In this document: piece by piece, positions 21,194-30,324 of the stretch
How the letters are laid out: each line of letters begins with the position of its first letter
Position numbering within the stretch: position 1 is the first letter of the stretch
Assembly (NCBI GenBank): GCA_034722055.1
Contig: JAYENL010000186.1
Location: 1-31,663, forward strand
Direction: 5' to 3'
DNA: 31,663 nucleotides
Origin: Armatimonadota bacterium
GTDB lineage: Bacteria > Armatimonadota > Zipacnadia > Zipacnadales > UBA5352
The notes under the pieces: generated by a model
Told to the model about the DNA's origin: nothing
Database searches by the model: none
The model's input: the letters and a program-made list of their open reading frames with translations, nothing else
Position numbers and translations under genes: made by a program

Positions 21194-23107
21194 ATGCAGA
21201 TGAAGGCGACGGTCAGGATGCTGATGACGGGCGCGCTGGTGATGGCCGCAGCCATGCCGGTGCCGGCGCAGGAAGAGGAGGAGACCCCCATCATCGGTGA
21301 GGTGGTGGTGGAGGGCAATGACTTCGTGGCCCGGGAGCCCATTCTTGACGTGGTGAAGGACGTCCTGAAGGTGGGGGAGGAGCTGACTGCCACCAAGGCC
21401 GCGGAGGCCCGCCGCCTGGTGGACAAGATGGGCTACTTCGACGAGGTCAATATCTCGGTGGAGCGGCTGGAGGAGGGCGTACGGGTCGTCATCACCGTTG
21501 TGGAGAAGCAGCGGATCGAGCAGGTGATGTTCGCGGGCAACACCGTCATATCCGACCAGGAGCTGCAGGAGGCGATCGTCAGCCAGCCGGGACACATCGC
21601 CGACGATCAGACCGTCGCCCGAGACATGCGGCGCGTGGAGGACTACTACGACAGCCGCGGGTACATCGCCAATGTGCCGCAGGGGGTTGTGGACGACTTC
21701 GGGGTGCTGACCTTCGTGGTGGAGGAGGCCCGCCTGGAGGAGGTCAGAATCGAGGGCCTCAAGCGCACCAGGGAGTTCGTGGTGCGTCGAGAGCTGGACC
21801 TTGAGCCCGGGGAGATCTACCAGCGGAACCGCGTTACCACCAACCTCCGCCGCCTCTACGCCACGGGCCTGTTCGAGCAGAGGGAGGGCGTGAAGTCCGA
21901 GATCCGGCCGGGCGAGGAGAACCCCACGCGGGACGTCATCTTGGTCATTCAGCTCCAGGAGGCGAAGACCGGCCGGGTGGCTATCGCGGCCGGGTACTCC
22001 AGCCTCGACGACTTCGTGGTGATGCTCTCGGCCGCCGAGCACAATCTGCGCGGGCAGGGCGAGCAGGCCCAGGTGAGTCTGGAGATGGGCGGGAGGGAGA
22101 GCTATGAGCTGAGCTTCCTCGAGCCCTACCTGGATGCCAAGGGCTCCACCGTGGAGGTCAACCTCTTCGACACCGAGCGTCGGAGGCAGTTCATGGGCGC
22201 ACCGGCGTTCAGAATCGCCGAGAAAGAGTTCGACGAGCGGCGCACCGGCGGCAACTTCACCATCACCAGCCCTATTAGCGATCGGCGGAGCTGGAGCTTC
22301 GGCTTCCGCTCGGTGGAGGTGTCCAGCTCCTTCTTCCAGGGCACCACGTTCCTCCCGCCGGGCGTGGGCGTCGTCTCCGCCACGGGCGTGGAGAGCCTGC
22401 AGACTGGTGGCAACCTTCCGGGGTATGGGGAGGGCTCGCCCGTGCCCGACAACCCGGACCTGGAGCCCGACACCCCTGAGCCCGGCGACCTGATAACGCC
22501 GGTGCGGGTGGCGGCTCCGCTGCATCCGGGCGGCCGGGTCAACAGCGTGACGTTGGGCCTGATCGACGACACCCGAGACGTCCGCACCAACCCCTCGTCC
22601 GGGATCTACAGCTCGGCCACCTACGAGCAGGCCGGCGATTTTCTGGGCGGCAGCACCGACTTCGGCAAGCTGCTTGGCGAGCATCGCCGCTACCTCGACG
22701 TTGGCGATGACAATGTCCTGGCAGTGCGGCTGATGGGGGGCACCACCGTGGGCTCACCACCGTTCTATGAGACCTTCAGCGTGGGCGGCGCCAACACCCT
22801 GCGGGGCTACGAGGTGGATCGCTGGCGAGGTGAGAACCTGGCGCTGGTGAACGTGGAGTACCGGAAGTCGCTGACCGAGGCCCTGACGGCGGTGGGCTTC
22901 CTTGATGGGGGCAGCGCCTGGGGCGGGACGTTCCCCACTGTGGTTCCAGGCTTCCGCATCAAGGCCGACGACCAGGACTTCACCTCTCACTGGGGTGCCG
23001 GGGTGGGGCTGCGCGTGGATATCAGACCCCTTGGGCCCATCCGGCTGGACATAGGCGTCGGCGAGGACGGCACCCAGGCGCACTTCAGCTTCGGGCACAC
23101 ATTCTGA
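21194..23107 (+). CDS. bamA: Omp85/BamA-family outer membrane protein
   Basis: Signal peptide; about 3 POTRA repeats; barrel start KTG...AGYSS; LRGY motif; C-terminal FSFGHTF. Confidence 0.88.
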   Translation: MQMKATVRMLMTGALVMAAAMPVPAQEEEETPIIGEVVVEGNDFVAREPILDVVKDVLKVGEELTATKAAEARRLVDKMGYFDEVNISVERLEEGVRVVITVVEKQRIEQVMFAGNTVISDQELQEAIVSQPGHIADDQTVARDMRRVEDYYDSRGYIANVPQGVVDDFGVLTFVVEEARLEEVRIEGLKRTREFVVRRELDLEPGEIYQRNRVTTNLRRLYATGLFEQREGVKSEIRPGEENPTRDVILVIQLQEAKTGRVAIAAGYSSLDDFVVMLSAAEHNLRGQGEQAQVSLEMGGRESYELSFLEPYLDAKGSTVEVNLFDTERRRQFMGAPAFRIAEKEFDERRTGGNFTITSPISDRRSWSFGFRSVEVSSSFFQGTTFLPPGVGVVSATGVESLQTGGNLPGYGEGSPVPDNPDLEPDTPEPGDLITPVRVAAPLHPGGRVNSVTLGLIDDTRDVRTNPSSGIYSSATYEQAGDFLGGSTDFGKLLGEHRRYLDVGDDNVLAVRLMGGTTVGSPPFYETFSVGGANTLRGYEVDRWRGENLALVNVEYRKSLTEALTAVGFLDGGSAWGGTFPTVVPGFRIKADDQDFTSHWGAGVGLRVDIRPLGPIRLDIGVGEDGTQAHFSFGHTF

Positions 23108-23184
23108 CGGAGTGGTCGGAAGTGGCGCGTCGCGCGGCGTGGTGGGCGGCGCGCCCGCGATGCGTGAGCTCTCGACGTCGGTGA

Positions 23185-23214
23185 GAAACCACTTGTTGGG
23201 GGTACTGTCCAAGT
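23185..23214 (+). promoter_or_regulatory. Putative ECF-sigma promoter upstream of skp
   Basis: GAAACC-16 bp-GTCCAA; shares CTGTCyAAGT with 20534-20543. Confidence 0.6.
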
Positions 23215-23277
23215 ATCCGGGGACCGCGCGACAGCGCCGGTTCCCGGCATAGCTTCATACCGGGAGAGTCACAGTTA

Positions 23278-24114
23278 ATGGGTGCACTGACACGGGCGCC
23301 ATGGCGAGCGCTGTGCGCGGTCGCACTGGCCGCGCTGGCTGCCGTCATGGGATTCGCCCAGGACGAAGAGCAGGATGCCGCGGTGGTCCGGCGCGTGGCG
23401 GTCGTTGACATGCAGGGGCTGCTGTCGCAGTACGAGGCCTTCCAGGCCGAGAACGCCGACCTCGAGGAACTGAGGGCCCAGCGGGGTGCGTGGCTGAACC
23501 GCCTCCTGGAGTACGTCTTCCTCCCACAGGCTGACTTCGAGGAGGCCCTGGAGCTGCTGCGCAAGAACGGTGAGCTGACGGAGGAGGAGAAGCAGCGGCT
23601 GGAGGAGCTCAAGCGCATCTCCAAGGAGCGGGACGAGCAGTTCGCCGAGCTCCGGGCCAAGCCGGATCGGTCGGCCGAGGAGAACACGCAGTACAATACG
23701 CTCGACGAGATGGCGGACGCGCGGCTGGAGCAGATCCAGCAGATCAAGGCGGAGTTCGAGCAGGAGCTGACCGACCGCTATCAGACCAGCGCCGAGGGCC
23801 TCCGCGAGAAGGTGCGGCAGGCCATCATCGCCGAGGCGGAAGAGGGCGGCTACGACCTGGTCGTGGACGCCGACGCCGTATTCGTCGGCGGTGAGAACAT
23901 CACCGACAGGGTGGTTGAGCGGCTCAACAAGGCCACCGAAACTGAGGGCGGCGAGGAGGCCGGTGCCCAGCCGGAGGCCGGCGCTCAGCCCGAAGGCGGG
24001 CAGGCAGAGGGCGGCCAGGAGGAGGGCGCTGAGCAGGGAGGCGGACAGGAGGAAGGCGGCCAGCAGGAGGGCGGCGCCGAGGGCGGTGCTCAGGAAGGTG
24101 GCGGAGGGCAGTAG
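23278..24114 (+). CDS. skp: Skp/OmpH-family periplasmic chaperone with Gly/Glu/Gln tail
   Basis: Signal peptide; VAVVDMQ; coiled coil; GYDLVVD...GGENITDRVVERLN; lies between bamA and lpxD. Confidence 0.88.
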   Translation: MGALTRAPWRALCAVALAALAAVMGFAQDEEQDAAVVRRVAVVDMQGLLSQYEAFQAENADLEELRAQRGAWLNRLLEYVFLPQADFEEALELLRKNGELTEEEKQRLEELKRISKERDEQFAELRAKPDRSAEENTQYNTLDEMADARLEQIQQIKAEFEQELTDRYQTSAEGLREKVRQAIIAEAEEGGYDLVVDADAVFVGGENITDRVVERLNKATETEGGEEAGAQPEAGAQPEGGQAEGGQEEGAEQGGGQEEGGQQEGGAEGGAQEGGGGQ

Positions 24115-25237
24115 CAGGCACGTGGTGGCGGCGCTTGTCGTGGCCGTGGCGGCGGGATGCATCACGACCGGGTGCGGGCCGCGGACGGCCAGGAGCATCC
24201 CCCGGCCGAGGGAGCGCCGGGAGGGGTACGCCTACACCGCCATGCTCATGGTCCGGCACCCGCTCTATGAGGCGCTCGGAGAGCTGGAGAGCGCGCTGGA
24301 GGAGCTGGCCGACGGGGACTGGCAGCCGGTACTGGAACCAATAGGCGCGCGGTTCGAGCAGATGGCGCTGGCTGAGAGCTTCGCGTTCGCTGACCCGTCC
24401 CAGCGGCTCGTCCACCTGCGGCGGGGGTGGCGGGAGAGCTACCCGCAGGTGGAGATCGATCCTGAGAACCTGGCGGCCGATCTGCAGACGCGCATCCAGT
24501 GGGAGCGCCAGCAGGCCCGTCGCTACGTCGCCGAGCGCATGGCGGATGCGGAGGCCGCCGAGAGCCGGCGGATAGCGCAGCTCCGTGCCAGGATGGTCAG
24601 GCAGCAGCAGGAGCGGCTGCTCAACCTGGGCATCGAGGCCGCCAGCGCAGACCAACAGCTCTCCGAGCAGGCCCAGCGGGAGCGCCAGCGCGTCTGGGAC
24701 GCCATCGAGGCCCAGGTGGAGGCGGAGCGTCGTGCCGGACAGGAGGCCCTCGCGGAGCTGCGTGAGCAGTTGCAGGCCGAGGCCCAGCAAGGGGTGGATG
24801 ATGCCCTGGAGGACGCGCGGGCGATCATGGCGGGGCGAGAGACGGAGATGCGTACCGCGGGCTCTGAGCTTCATGCCGAGATGGCGCAGGAGATGTCCCG
24901 GCCCTGGCAGGGGGTTGCGCAGGCAGAGGTGATGGTCGAGTCGGACCCATCCGCGGCGAACGCCGCCTTGCGTGAGGCGGACAGCTTGCGGGTGCAGGCG
25001 GAACAGGCTCGGGAGGAGGCCGCTGAGCTGCAGAGGCGGCGGCTGCACAGCGCGATTGGCCGGCTGCGCGCGCAGATCAAATCCGGGACGGAGCGGGCGG
25101 CGCGCGTGGTGGCGTATCGCGAGGGGATCGACCTGCAGCTACTGCCTGGCGGATCGGCTCGGGGGGAGAACGTGACTGGCATCATTGCCCAACGCTTGGA
25201 GGCGTTCTGGAGCGTCTCGGAGGACCGAAGGAGTTGA
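24086..25237 (+). CDS. Elongated Skp/OmpH-like coiled-coil protein, probable lipoprotein (start uncertain: 24086, 24098 or 24122)
   Basis: Hydrophobic stretch ending AAGC/TTGC; long Q/E/R/A helices; C-terminus GIDLQL...GENVTGIIAQRL parallels that of the upstream Skp. Confidence 0.7.
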   Translation: MLRKVAEGSSRHVVAALVVAVAAGCITTGCGPRTARSIPRPRERREGYAYTAMLMVRHPLYEALGELESALEELADGDWQPVLEPIGARFEQMALAESFAFADPSQRLVHLRRGWRESYPQVEIDPENLAADLQTRIQWERQQARRYVAERMADAEAAESRRIAQLRARMVRQQQERLLNLGIEAASADQQLSEQAQRERQRVWDAIEAQVEAERRAGQEALAELREQLQAEAQQGVDDALEDARAIMAGRETEMRTAGSELHAEMAQEMSRPWQGVAQAEVMVESDPSAANAALREADSLRVQAEQAREEAAELQRRRLHSAIGRLRAQIKSGTERAARVVAYREGIDLQLLPGGSARGENVTGIIAQRLEAFWSVSEDRRS

Positions 25238-25243
25238 CACAGG

Positions 25244-26293
25244 TTGGGAGCGATCACGTACCGGCTCTGTGAGCTTGCCGAGCGAGTTGAGGGGGAGCTG
25301 CGCGGAAACGGGGACGTCACCATCACCGGCGTGGGGCACCTCGAAGACGCCAATCCCGGTGAGATCACCTTCGCCGATGGGCCCAGTCTGCAGTCTCTGG
25401 CCGAAGCCAGCAACGCCTCTGCGCTGATCGTGCCTCCGGACGTGGAGGTGACCGACAAGCCCTTCATCGTGACCGAGGACCCCAGGCTGGCCTTCTCCAA
25501 GGTCCTGGAGCTGTTCGCTCCTGAAATGCGTCCGGAGGCCGGCGTACATCCCACGGCAGTGATCGGCGAGAACGTGACCCTCGGCGAGGCAGTCAGCGTC
25601 GGCGCTAACGCCTACATCGGCGACGGCAGCATCATCGGAGACGGCAGCGTGGTGCACCCGCTGGCCTACGTGGGGCCGGAGGTGGTCGTGGGGCGGGACT
25701 GTGAGATCCATGCCCAGGTGTACATCGGCGCGCGGGTGCAGCTTGGCGACCGGGTCATCCTCCACGGGGGCGCGGCGGTGGGAGCCGACGGCTTCGGCTT
25801 CCTGCAGACTGAAGAGGGGCACCGCAAGATCCCCCAGATCAGCACCGTGATCCTCGATGATGACGTGGAGATCGGCGCCAACTCCACGGTGGACCGAGCC
25901 ACTGTGTCGGCCACGCGCATCGGAGCCGGCACCAAGATCGACGACCAGGTGCACGTGGCCCACAACGTGGTCATCGGCCGCAACTGCCTGCTGTGCGGCC
26001 AGGTGGGGATCGCCGGCAGCACCATCATCGGCGACAACGTGGTGATGGGCGGGCAGGCCGGCGTCAACGACCACGTGGAGGTATGCTCCGGCGCTGTCAT
26101 CGCCGCAAAGGCCGGGGTCATCGGCAACATCGACGAGGAGGGCATCTACTCCGGATACCCCGCGCGGTCACACCACGAGCAGTTGCGGGTGGCGGCTCAC
26201 GCCCGGAAGCTGCCGGAGCTGGTTGAGCGCATCAAGGAACTCGAGCAGATCGTGGCCGAGCTGCGCAGCCGGCTCGGGGAGCGCTCCGACTGA
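25244..26293 (+). CDS. lpxD: UDP-3-O-(3-hydroxyacyl)glucosamine N-acyltransferase
   Basis: Hexapeptide repeats; GADGFGF; EIGANSTVDRA; KIDDQVHVAHN. Confidence 0.96.
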   Translation: MGAITYRLCELAERVEGELRGNGDVTITGVGHLEDANPGEITFADGPSLQSLAEASNASALIVPPDVEVTDKPFIVTEDPRLAFSKVLELFAPEMRPEAGVHPTAVIGENVTLGEAVSVGANAYIGDGSIIGDGSVVHPLAYVGPEVVVGRDCEIHAQVYIGARVQLGDRVILHGGAAVGADGFGFLQTEEGHRKIPQISTVILDDDVEIGANSTVDRATVSATRIGAGTKIDDQVHVAHNVVIGRNCLLCGQVGIAGSTIIGDNVVMGGQAGVNDHVEVCSGAVIAAKAGVIGNIDEEGIYSGYPARSHHEQLRVAAHARKLPELVERIKELEQIVAELRSRLGERSD

Positions 26294-26313
26294 CGGTCCG
26301 CTACACCACCTTC

Positions 26314-28161
26314 ATGGCAGCCTCGCATCCCTCCCGTACCTGCGACATTCAGCCCCGCGCCCGCCCCATCGGCGGCCGCACGCGTGCGTGGCACGTGGCG
26401 GCCGTCGTCGCCTTCCTCAGCGCCGTCTCTCCCCCAGCGCATGCCGACCGCGTTTTGGCCTTCGGCACCGCCACCGGCGCCATCGGCGGAGTGGCCACGG
26501 CGGAGGTGCATGCCGACGGGCTGGTGCTCATGCGCCTGCGGTCACCGAGGGCGGACGAGCTGGCCCCGAAGGCCGAGCTCGTGGCCTCGCGGCTGACGGA
26601 CCTGGCCGTGGAGGGCCTGGCGCCCGGGGAGCTGGCGGTGCAGCAGGTGGCGGGGCAGTGGGCCGTCACCGGCGCGGGGGAGCTGATCGTCACCGCAGAT
26701 CCCGACACAGTGGCGGCGTCGGGTCTTGAAGCCAGAGACCTGTGCGAGAGCTGGCGCAAGCGGCTGGCGGAGGTGCTCCGCGAGCCCTACCTGGTCATCG
26801 AGCCGGCCGACACAGTGCTGGTTCCGGTCGGCGAGCGGAGAAGCGTGCGGGTGGGCGGGACGGTTGACGCCGGGCGGAGGGCGGAGTCCCTGGCTCCCGA
26901 CGTGGTCCGGGCTGCGTTCGAGGGCCGCAAGCTGGTGCTGCAGGGACGGAACACCGGGACGACGGTGGTGGCCATCAGCGCCGGAGAGCTGGAGCACGCG
27001 CTGACCGTGGAGGTCAAGCGCTGGGCGGCCAGGATGATCGACAGCGCCGCCGTGCGCACCGCCGGGGGCGGCCTGAGTGAGGCCATGGCCCGGGCGGCCG
27101 CTCTCAACGCGGCGCTGTTCAGCATCAGCCCCGAGCCCCAGGCGGTGGTACACCTCGTCAGCGCCAATCCCACGAAGGGGGGCTACAGCCTCGACCTGCG
27201 AGCCGGGGGGCCGGACTACATCCCGGTCAGCGGGCAGATTCTGGTGCGGTTCCGTGCGGGGCTGCCAGTGATTCCCCCCGCGCACGCGCTGCTGATGAGC
27301 AACTACCCGGAGAAGGTGGCGGGCGTGGGCGCCCTGATGCGCCAGCCGCTCGAGCGCGGGCATCCCGCCAGGCTCATGTGGCACCACAAGAACTACGCCG
27401 GCCATCCGCTGGTGATGGCGGTGCGGCTGATCAATAGGGGGCAGAGCCCCGCGCGGGTCCGGATAGGTTGGGCGGAGGCCGGGCCGGACCGCGACGAGAT
27501 ATTCGTGGGCTACAACGCCATGCTCCGCTACTGGCAGGCGGTGCGGGCGGGCTCGTGCTTTGAGGCCCGCATCCCCTCGTGCGCCAGCTTCGAGGCTGTG
27601 ACCACGCCCATCGGCTACCACGAGGTCGTCAGCGGCATGATGGACGTGGTGGCCGATGAGGGCGAGGAGGTCTACGTGGAGGTGGCAGCGCGCGACCGCC
27701 GGGACGTGCCGCGCGGCTTCGGCCGGGTCCCTCACCACGGCGACGAGATGCCCGTGACCCCCTTCGAGTTCCCGGCCTCACTCGACCGCGAGCTCAGCTA
27801 CGAGGTGGGCGGCCCGTACGGGCACCTGAGCATCGGGCGGGAGGAGGTCGTCAATGACGAGGGCGTGGCGCTGGCGGGGGCCTACGGTGTGATGCATAAC
27901 ATCCGCGTGGCCCTGGGTAACCCGGCCCGGGAGCCGGGGCGGGTGGAGCTGGCGGTGCGCGCCGGGGGCGGGGTGGCGCGGACCATCACCGCCGTGGACG
28001 GCGCCCTGACCTCCACCAGGCTCCTGCTGGCGGGGCAGGAGGAGGTCCTGGCCACTCGTGACCTGCCTCCGGGCGGCAGAGGGGAGCTGCGGGTGCAGAT
28101 GATGCCCGCGGCCGGCTCGAATCTGCCGCTGACCCTTGTGGTTCGCGGCCGCACCCGCTGA
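26314..28161 (+). CDS. Secreted multidomain hypothetical protein
   Basis: Signal-like segment ending AHA-D; Ig-like segment (VPVGERRSV...GTTVVAI); LLMSNYPE motif; host-like codon usage. Confidence 0.75.
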   Translation: MAASHPSRTCDIQPRARPIGGRTRAWHVAAVVAFLSAVSPPAHADRVLAFGTATGAIGGVATAEVHADGLVLMRLRSPRADELAPKAELVASRLTDLAVEGLAPGELAVQQVAGQWAVTGAGELIVTADPDTVAASGLEARDLCESWRKRLAEVLREPYLVIEPADTVLVPVGERRSVRVGGTVDAGRRAESLAPDVVRAAFEGRKLVLQGRNTGTTVVAISAGELEHALTVEVKRWAARMIDSAAVRTAGGGLSEAMARAAALNAALFSISPEPQAVVHLVSANPTKGGYSLDLRAGGPDYIPVSGQILVRFRAGLPVIPPAHALLMSNYPEKVAGVGALMRQPLERGHPARLMWHHKNYAGHPLVMAVRLINRGQSPARVRIGWAEAGPDRDEIFVGYNAMLRYWQAVRAGSCFEARIPSCASFEAVTTPIGYHEVVSGMMDVVADEGEEVYVEVAARDRRDVPRGFGRVPHHGDEMPVTPFEFPASLDRELSYEVGGPYGHLSIGREEVVNDEGVALAGAYGVMHNIRVALGNPAREPGRVELAVRAGGGVARTITAVDGALTSTRLLLAGQEEVLATRDLPPGGRGELRVQMMPAAGSNLPLTLVVRGRTR

Positions 28162-28285
28162 GCTTCCGCGGCAGTCCGTCCTCTTCGTAGCGAACTCAAG
28201 CCGCTGCCGCCATCCTGTGCGCCGCGAGGCCGGCCTCCGTGGATCGTGCCAGGTGCCGTTGCGCGGGTCGGGCGCAGTCCGGCGC

Positions 28286-28314
28286 TTGCCAATCGGCCCT
28301 CCCCGCGGTATCAT
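28286..28314 (+). promoter_or_regulatory. sigma70-type promoter of murJ
   Basis: TTGCCA-17 bp-TATCAT. Confidence 0.6.
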
Positions 28315-28324
28315 CTTCGCTGAC

Positions 28325-30028
28325 ATGGATGACGCAACGCCCGCGGGGGAGGATTCCCCGCAGCAACCCGGTGGCGCGACCTCCTGGATGGCCGATGCGG
28401 CCATCCTGATGATGTTCGCGACCCTCATGAGCGCCATCACCGGCCTGCTGCGCGAGGCGGCCATCGGCCATCAGTACGGCCGCGGGTACATCACCGACGC
28501 CTTCTACAACGCCCTGACGATCCCGGACTTCCTCTACTTCCTGGTCGCCGGCGGGGCCCTGCGTACCGGCTTCGTGCCCGTCTTCACCGAGCTGATGGCG
28601 CGGGGACAGGAGGACCGCGCCTGGCGGACCTTCAGCACCCTCTTCTGGCTGCTGGCCATGGTCTCGGCCCTGCTGGCCGGGGCGGGGATGCTGCTGGCCG
28701 AGCCGCTGGCGCACCTGGTGAACCCCGCCTGGGCCGGGGAGAGCACGGCACCGACAGTGCGATCGATCCTCACCACGCTGGGCCTCATCGCCCCCGGGCA
28801 GGAGGGCAATCCCGAGCCCCTGGCGCTGTGCGCGGCCATCATGCGCCTGCTGTTCCCGGCGCAGATCTTCTTTCTGCTCGGCGGCCTGCTGATGGGCACG
28901 CTCAACGCCCGCAGGCACTTCTTCTGGCCCGCGATGGGGCCCATCATCTACAACCTGGCGATCATCACCGCCGCCCTGGTGGCGCCGCTGCTGCTGGGAC
29001 CGACCACGCTCGGCTACGGCGCCCTGGCCGGGGCGATGGTGGGGAACTTCGCCGTCCAGATGGTGGCGCTGCGCAATCGCGGCGGGCGGCTGCAGCTCAG
29101 CCTCGCGCCCACCGGAACCGGCGTGCGCCGGGTGCTGCTGCTGGCCTTCCCGGTGATGCTGGGGCTGGCCATCGCGGAGATCAACTTCGTGGTCACCAAG
29201 GTTCTCGCCAACGTGGTGGACGAGGATGGCGGCGTCTCCACGCTCAACTACGCGAATCGCCTCTGGAAGCTGCCCGCGCGGGTCATCGGCGCCGGTATTG
29301 CCATCGCGCTCTTTCCGGCCCTGGCGGAGCATTACGCGCGCGACGACCCCGACCAGTTCCAGAGGGACTTCTCGTTCGGCATCCGGAACGCGGTCTTCTT
29401 GACCCTCCCGGCCACGGCGCTTATCATGATCCTGGCGGAGCCTTCGGTGCGGTTGTTGTGGCCGCGGTTCACCGATGAGGGCGTGTGGGCGGTGGCGGTC
29501 ACGCTCCTGTGGTTCAGCGCCGGTATCGTCCCCCTGTCACTGGTGTACATCGCCGCCCGCGCCTTCTACGCCCGCCACGATACGATGACGCCGGTGTGGA
29601 TCGGCGCCATCTCGGTGGCCGCCTGCATCACCGCCGCGGTCACCCTGGACGGGCCCTACCGGGTTGCCGGCCTGGCGATGGCGACCTCCATCAGCGGGGT
29701 CATCAACGCCACGCTGCTGCTGGTGATGCTGCAGGTTCGGGTCGGGGGCCTGGGCGGCCGGGAAATCGCGCGCTCCATTCTGCGCATGATCCCGCCCACG
29801 GCGCTGCTGACGCTGGTGGCCTGGGGGAGCCTGGCGGCCCTCGAAGTGGTCCTGCCGGGCGGCGGAATGGGCGGGATGCTGGAGCGCCTGCTGGTGGTCT
29901 TCGTGCCGATGGGCCTGGGAGCGCTGGCCTTCATCGCCCTCGCCCGCACCATGCGCCTGCGCGAGCTGCAGAGCGCGTGGCGGATGATGGCGCGGCGGTT
30001 CAATCGCGGGGGTCAGCAGCCACGCTGA
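28325..30028 (+). CDS. murJ: Lipid II flippase MurJ/MviN
   Basis: GLLRE...TDAF...IPD; GGAL...FVPVF; LNYANRLWKLP; RAFYARHDTMTP; about 14 TM segments. Confidence 0.95.
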   Translation: MDDATPAGEDSPQQPGGATSWMADAAILMMFATLMSAITGLLREAAIGHQYGRGYITDAFYNALTIPDFLYFLVAGGALRTGFVPVFTELMARGQEDRAWRTFSTLFWLLAMVSALLAGAGMLLAEPLAHLVNPAWAGESTAPTVRSILTTLGLIAPGQEGNPEPLALCAAIMRLLFPAQIFFLLGGLLMGTLNARRHFFWPAMGPIIYNLAIITAALVAPLLLGPTTLGYGALAGAMVGNFAVQMVALRNRGGRLQLSLAPTGTGVRRVLLLAFPVMLGLAIAEINFVVTKVLANVVDEDGGVSTLNYANRLWKLPARVIGAGIAIALFPALAEHYARDDPDQFQRDFSFGIRNAVFLTLPATALIMILAEPSVRLLWPRFTDEGVWAVAVTLLWFSAGIVPLSLVYIAARAFYARHDTMTPVWIGAISVAACITAAVTLDGPYRVAGLAMATSISGVINATLLLVMLQVRVGGLGGREIARSILRMIPPTALLTLVAWGSLAALEVVLPGGGMGGMLERLLVVFVPMGLGALAFIALARTMRLRELQSAWRMMARRFNRGGQQPR

Positions 30029-30043
30029 CGATGCTATTTGCTA

Positions 30044-30266
30044 AGCCGTCTCGAGGGGCGCGACTACGTTCGCGCCCGGCAGTTGCCGTTCGCCGTCCGG
30101 AAGGACGCATGTTCACATGCGTCCGTCGTTGATGTGGTCGTTGTCGTTCGCCGTTGCCCAGCCGTCTGGAGGGGCCGGCCTCCGTTCCGGCCCGGCCGTG
30201 TGGCGTTGTCGTGAGCCGTTGCCGCAAGCCGTTCCGTGGCACGCACACTCCTGTGCGTGCGTCGTT
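30044..30266 (+). repeat. Left REP-like mosaic: hairpin modules A', B, A, C joined by GCCGTT-type linkers
   Basis: A' CGAG-GGGCGCGA-N6-TCGCGCCC; B GGAA-GGACGCATG-TTCA-CATGCGTCC; A GGAG-GGGCCGG-N8-CCGGCCC; C GTG-GCACGCACA-CTCC-TGTGCGTGC. Confidence 0.9.
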
Positions 30267-30324
30267 GCTCGTGAAGCCGTTGGTCTTGGGCCTCGCGCGG
30301 TCGCAGGAGGCACGCGAAGGGGGC

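Noticed and set aside
30154..30324. N-terminal extension of the 470-aa ORF, and ORF 31400..31648 with a similar N-terminus
   Set aside because: Both are translations of the repeat modules. The shared MPSRLEGP start simply reflects module A.
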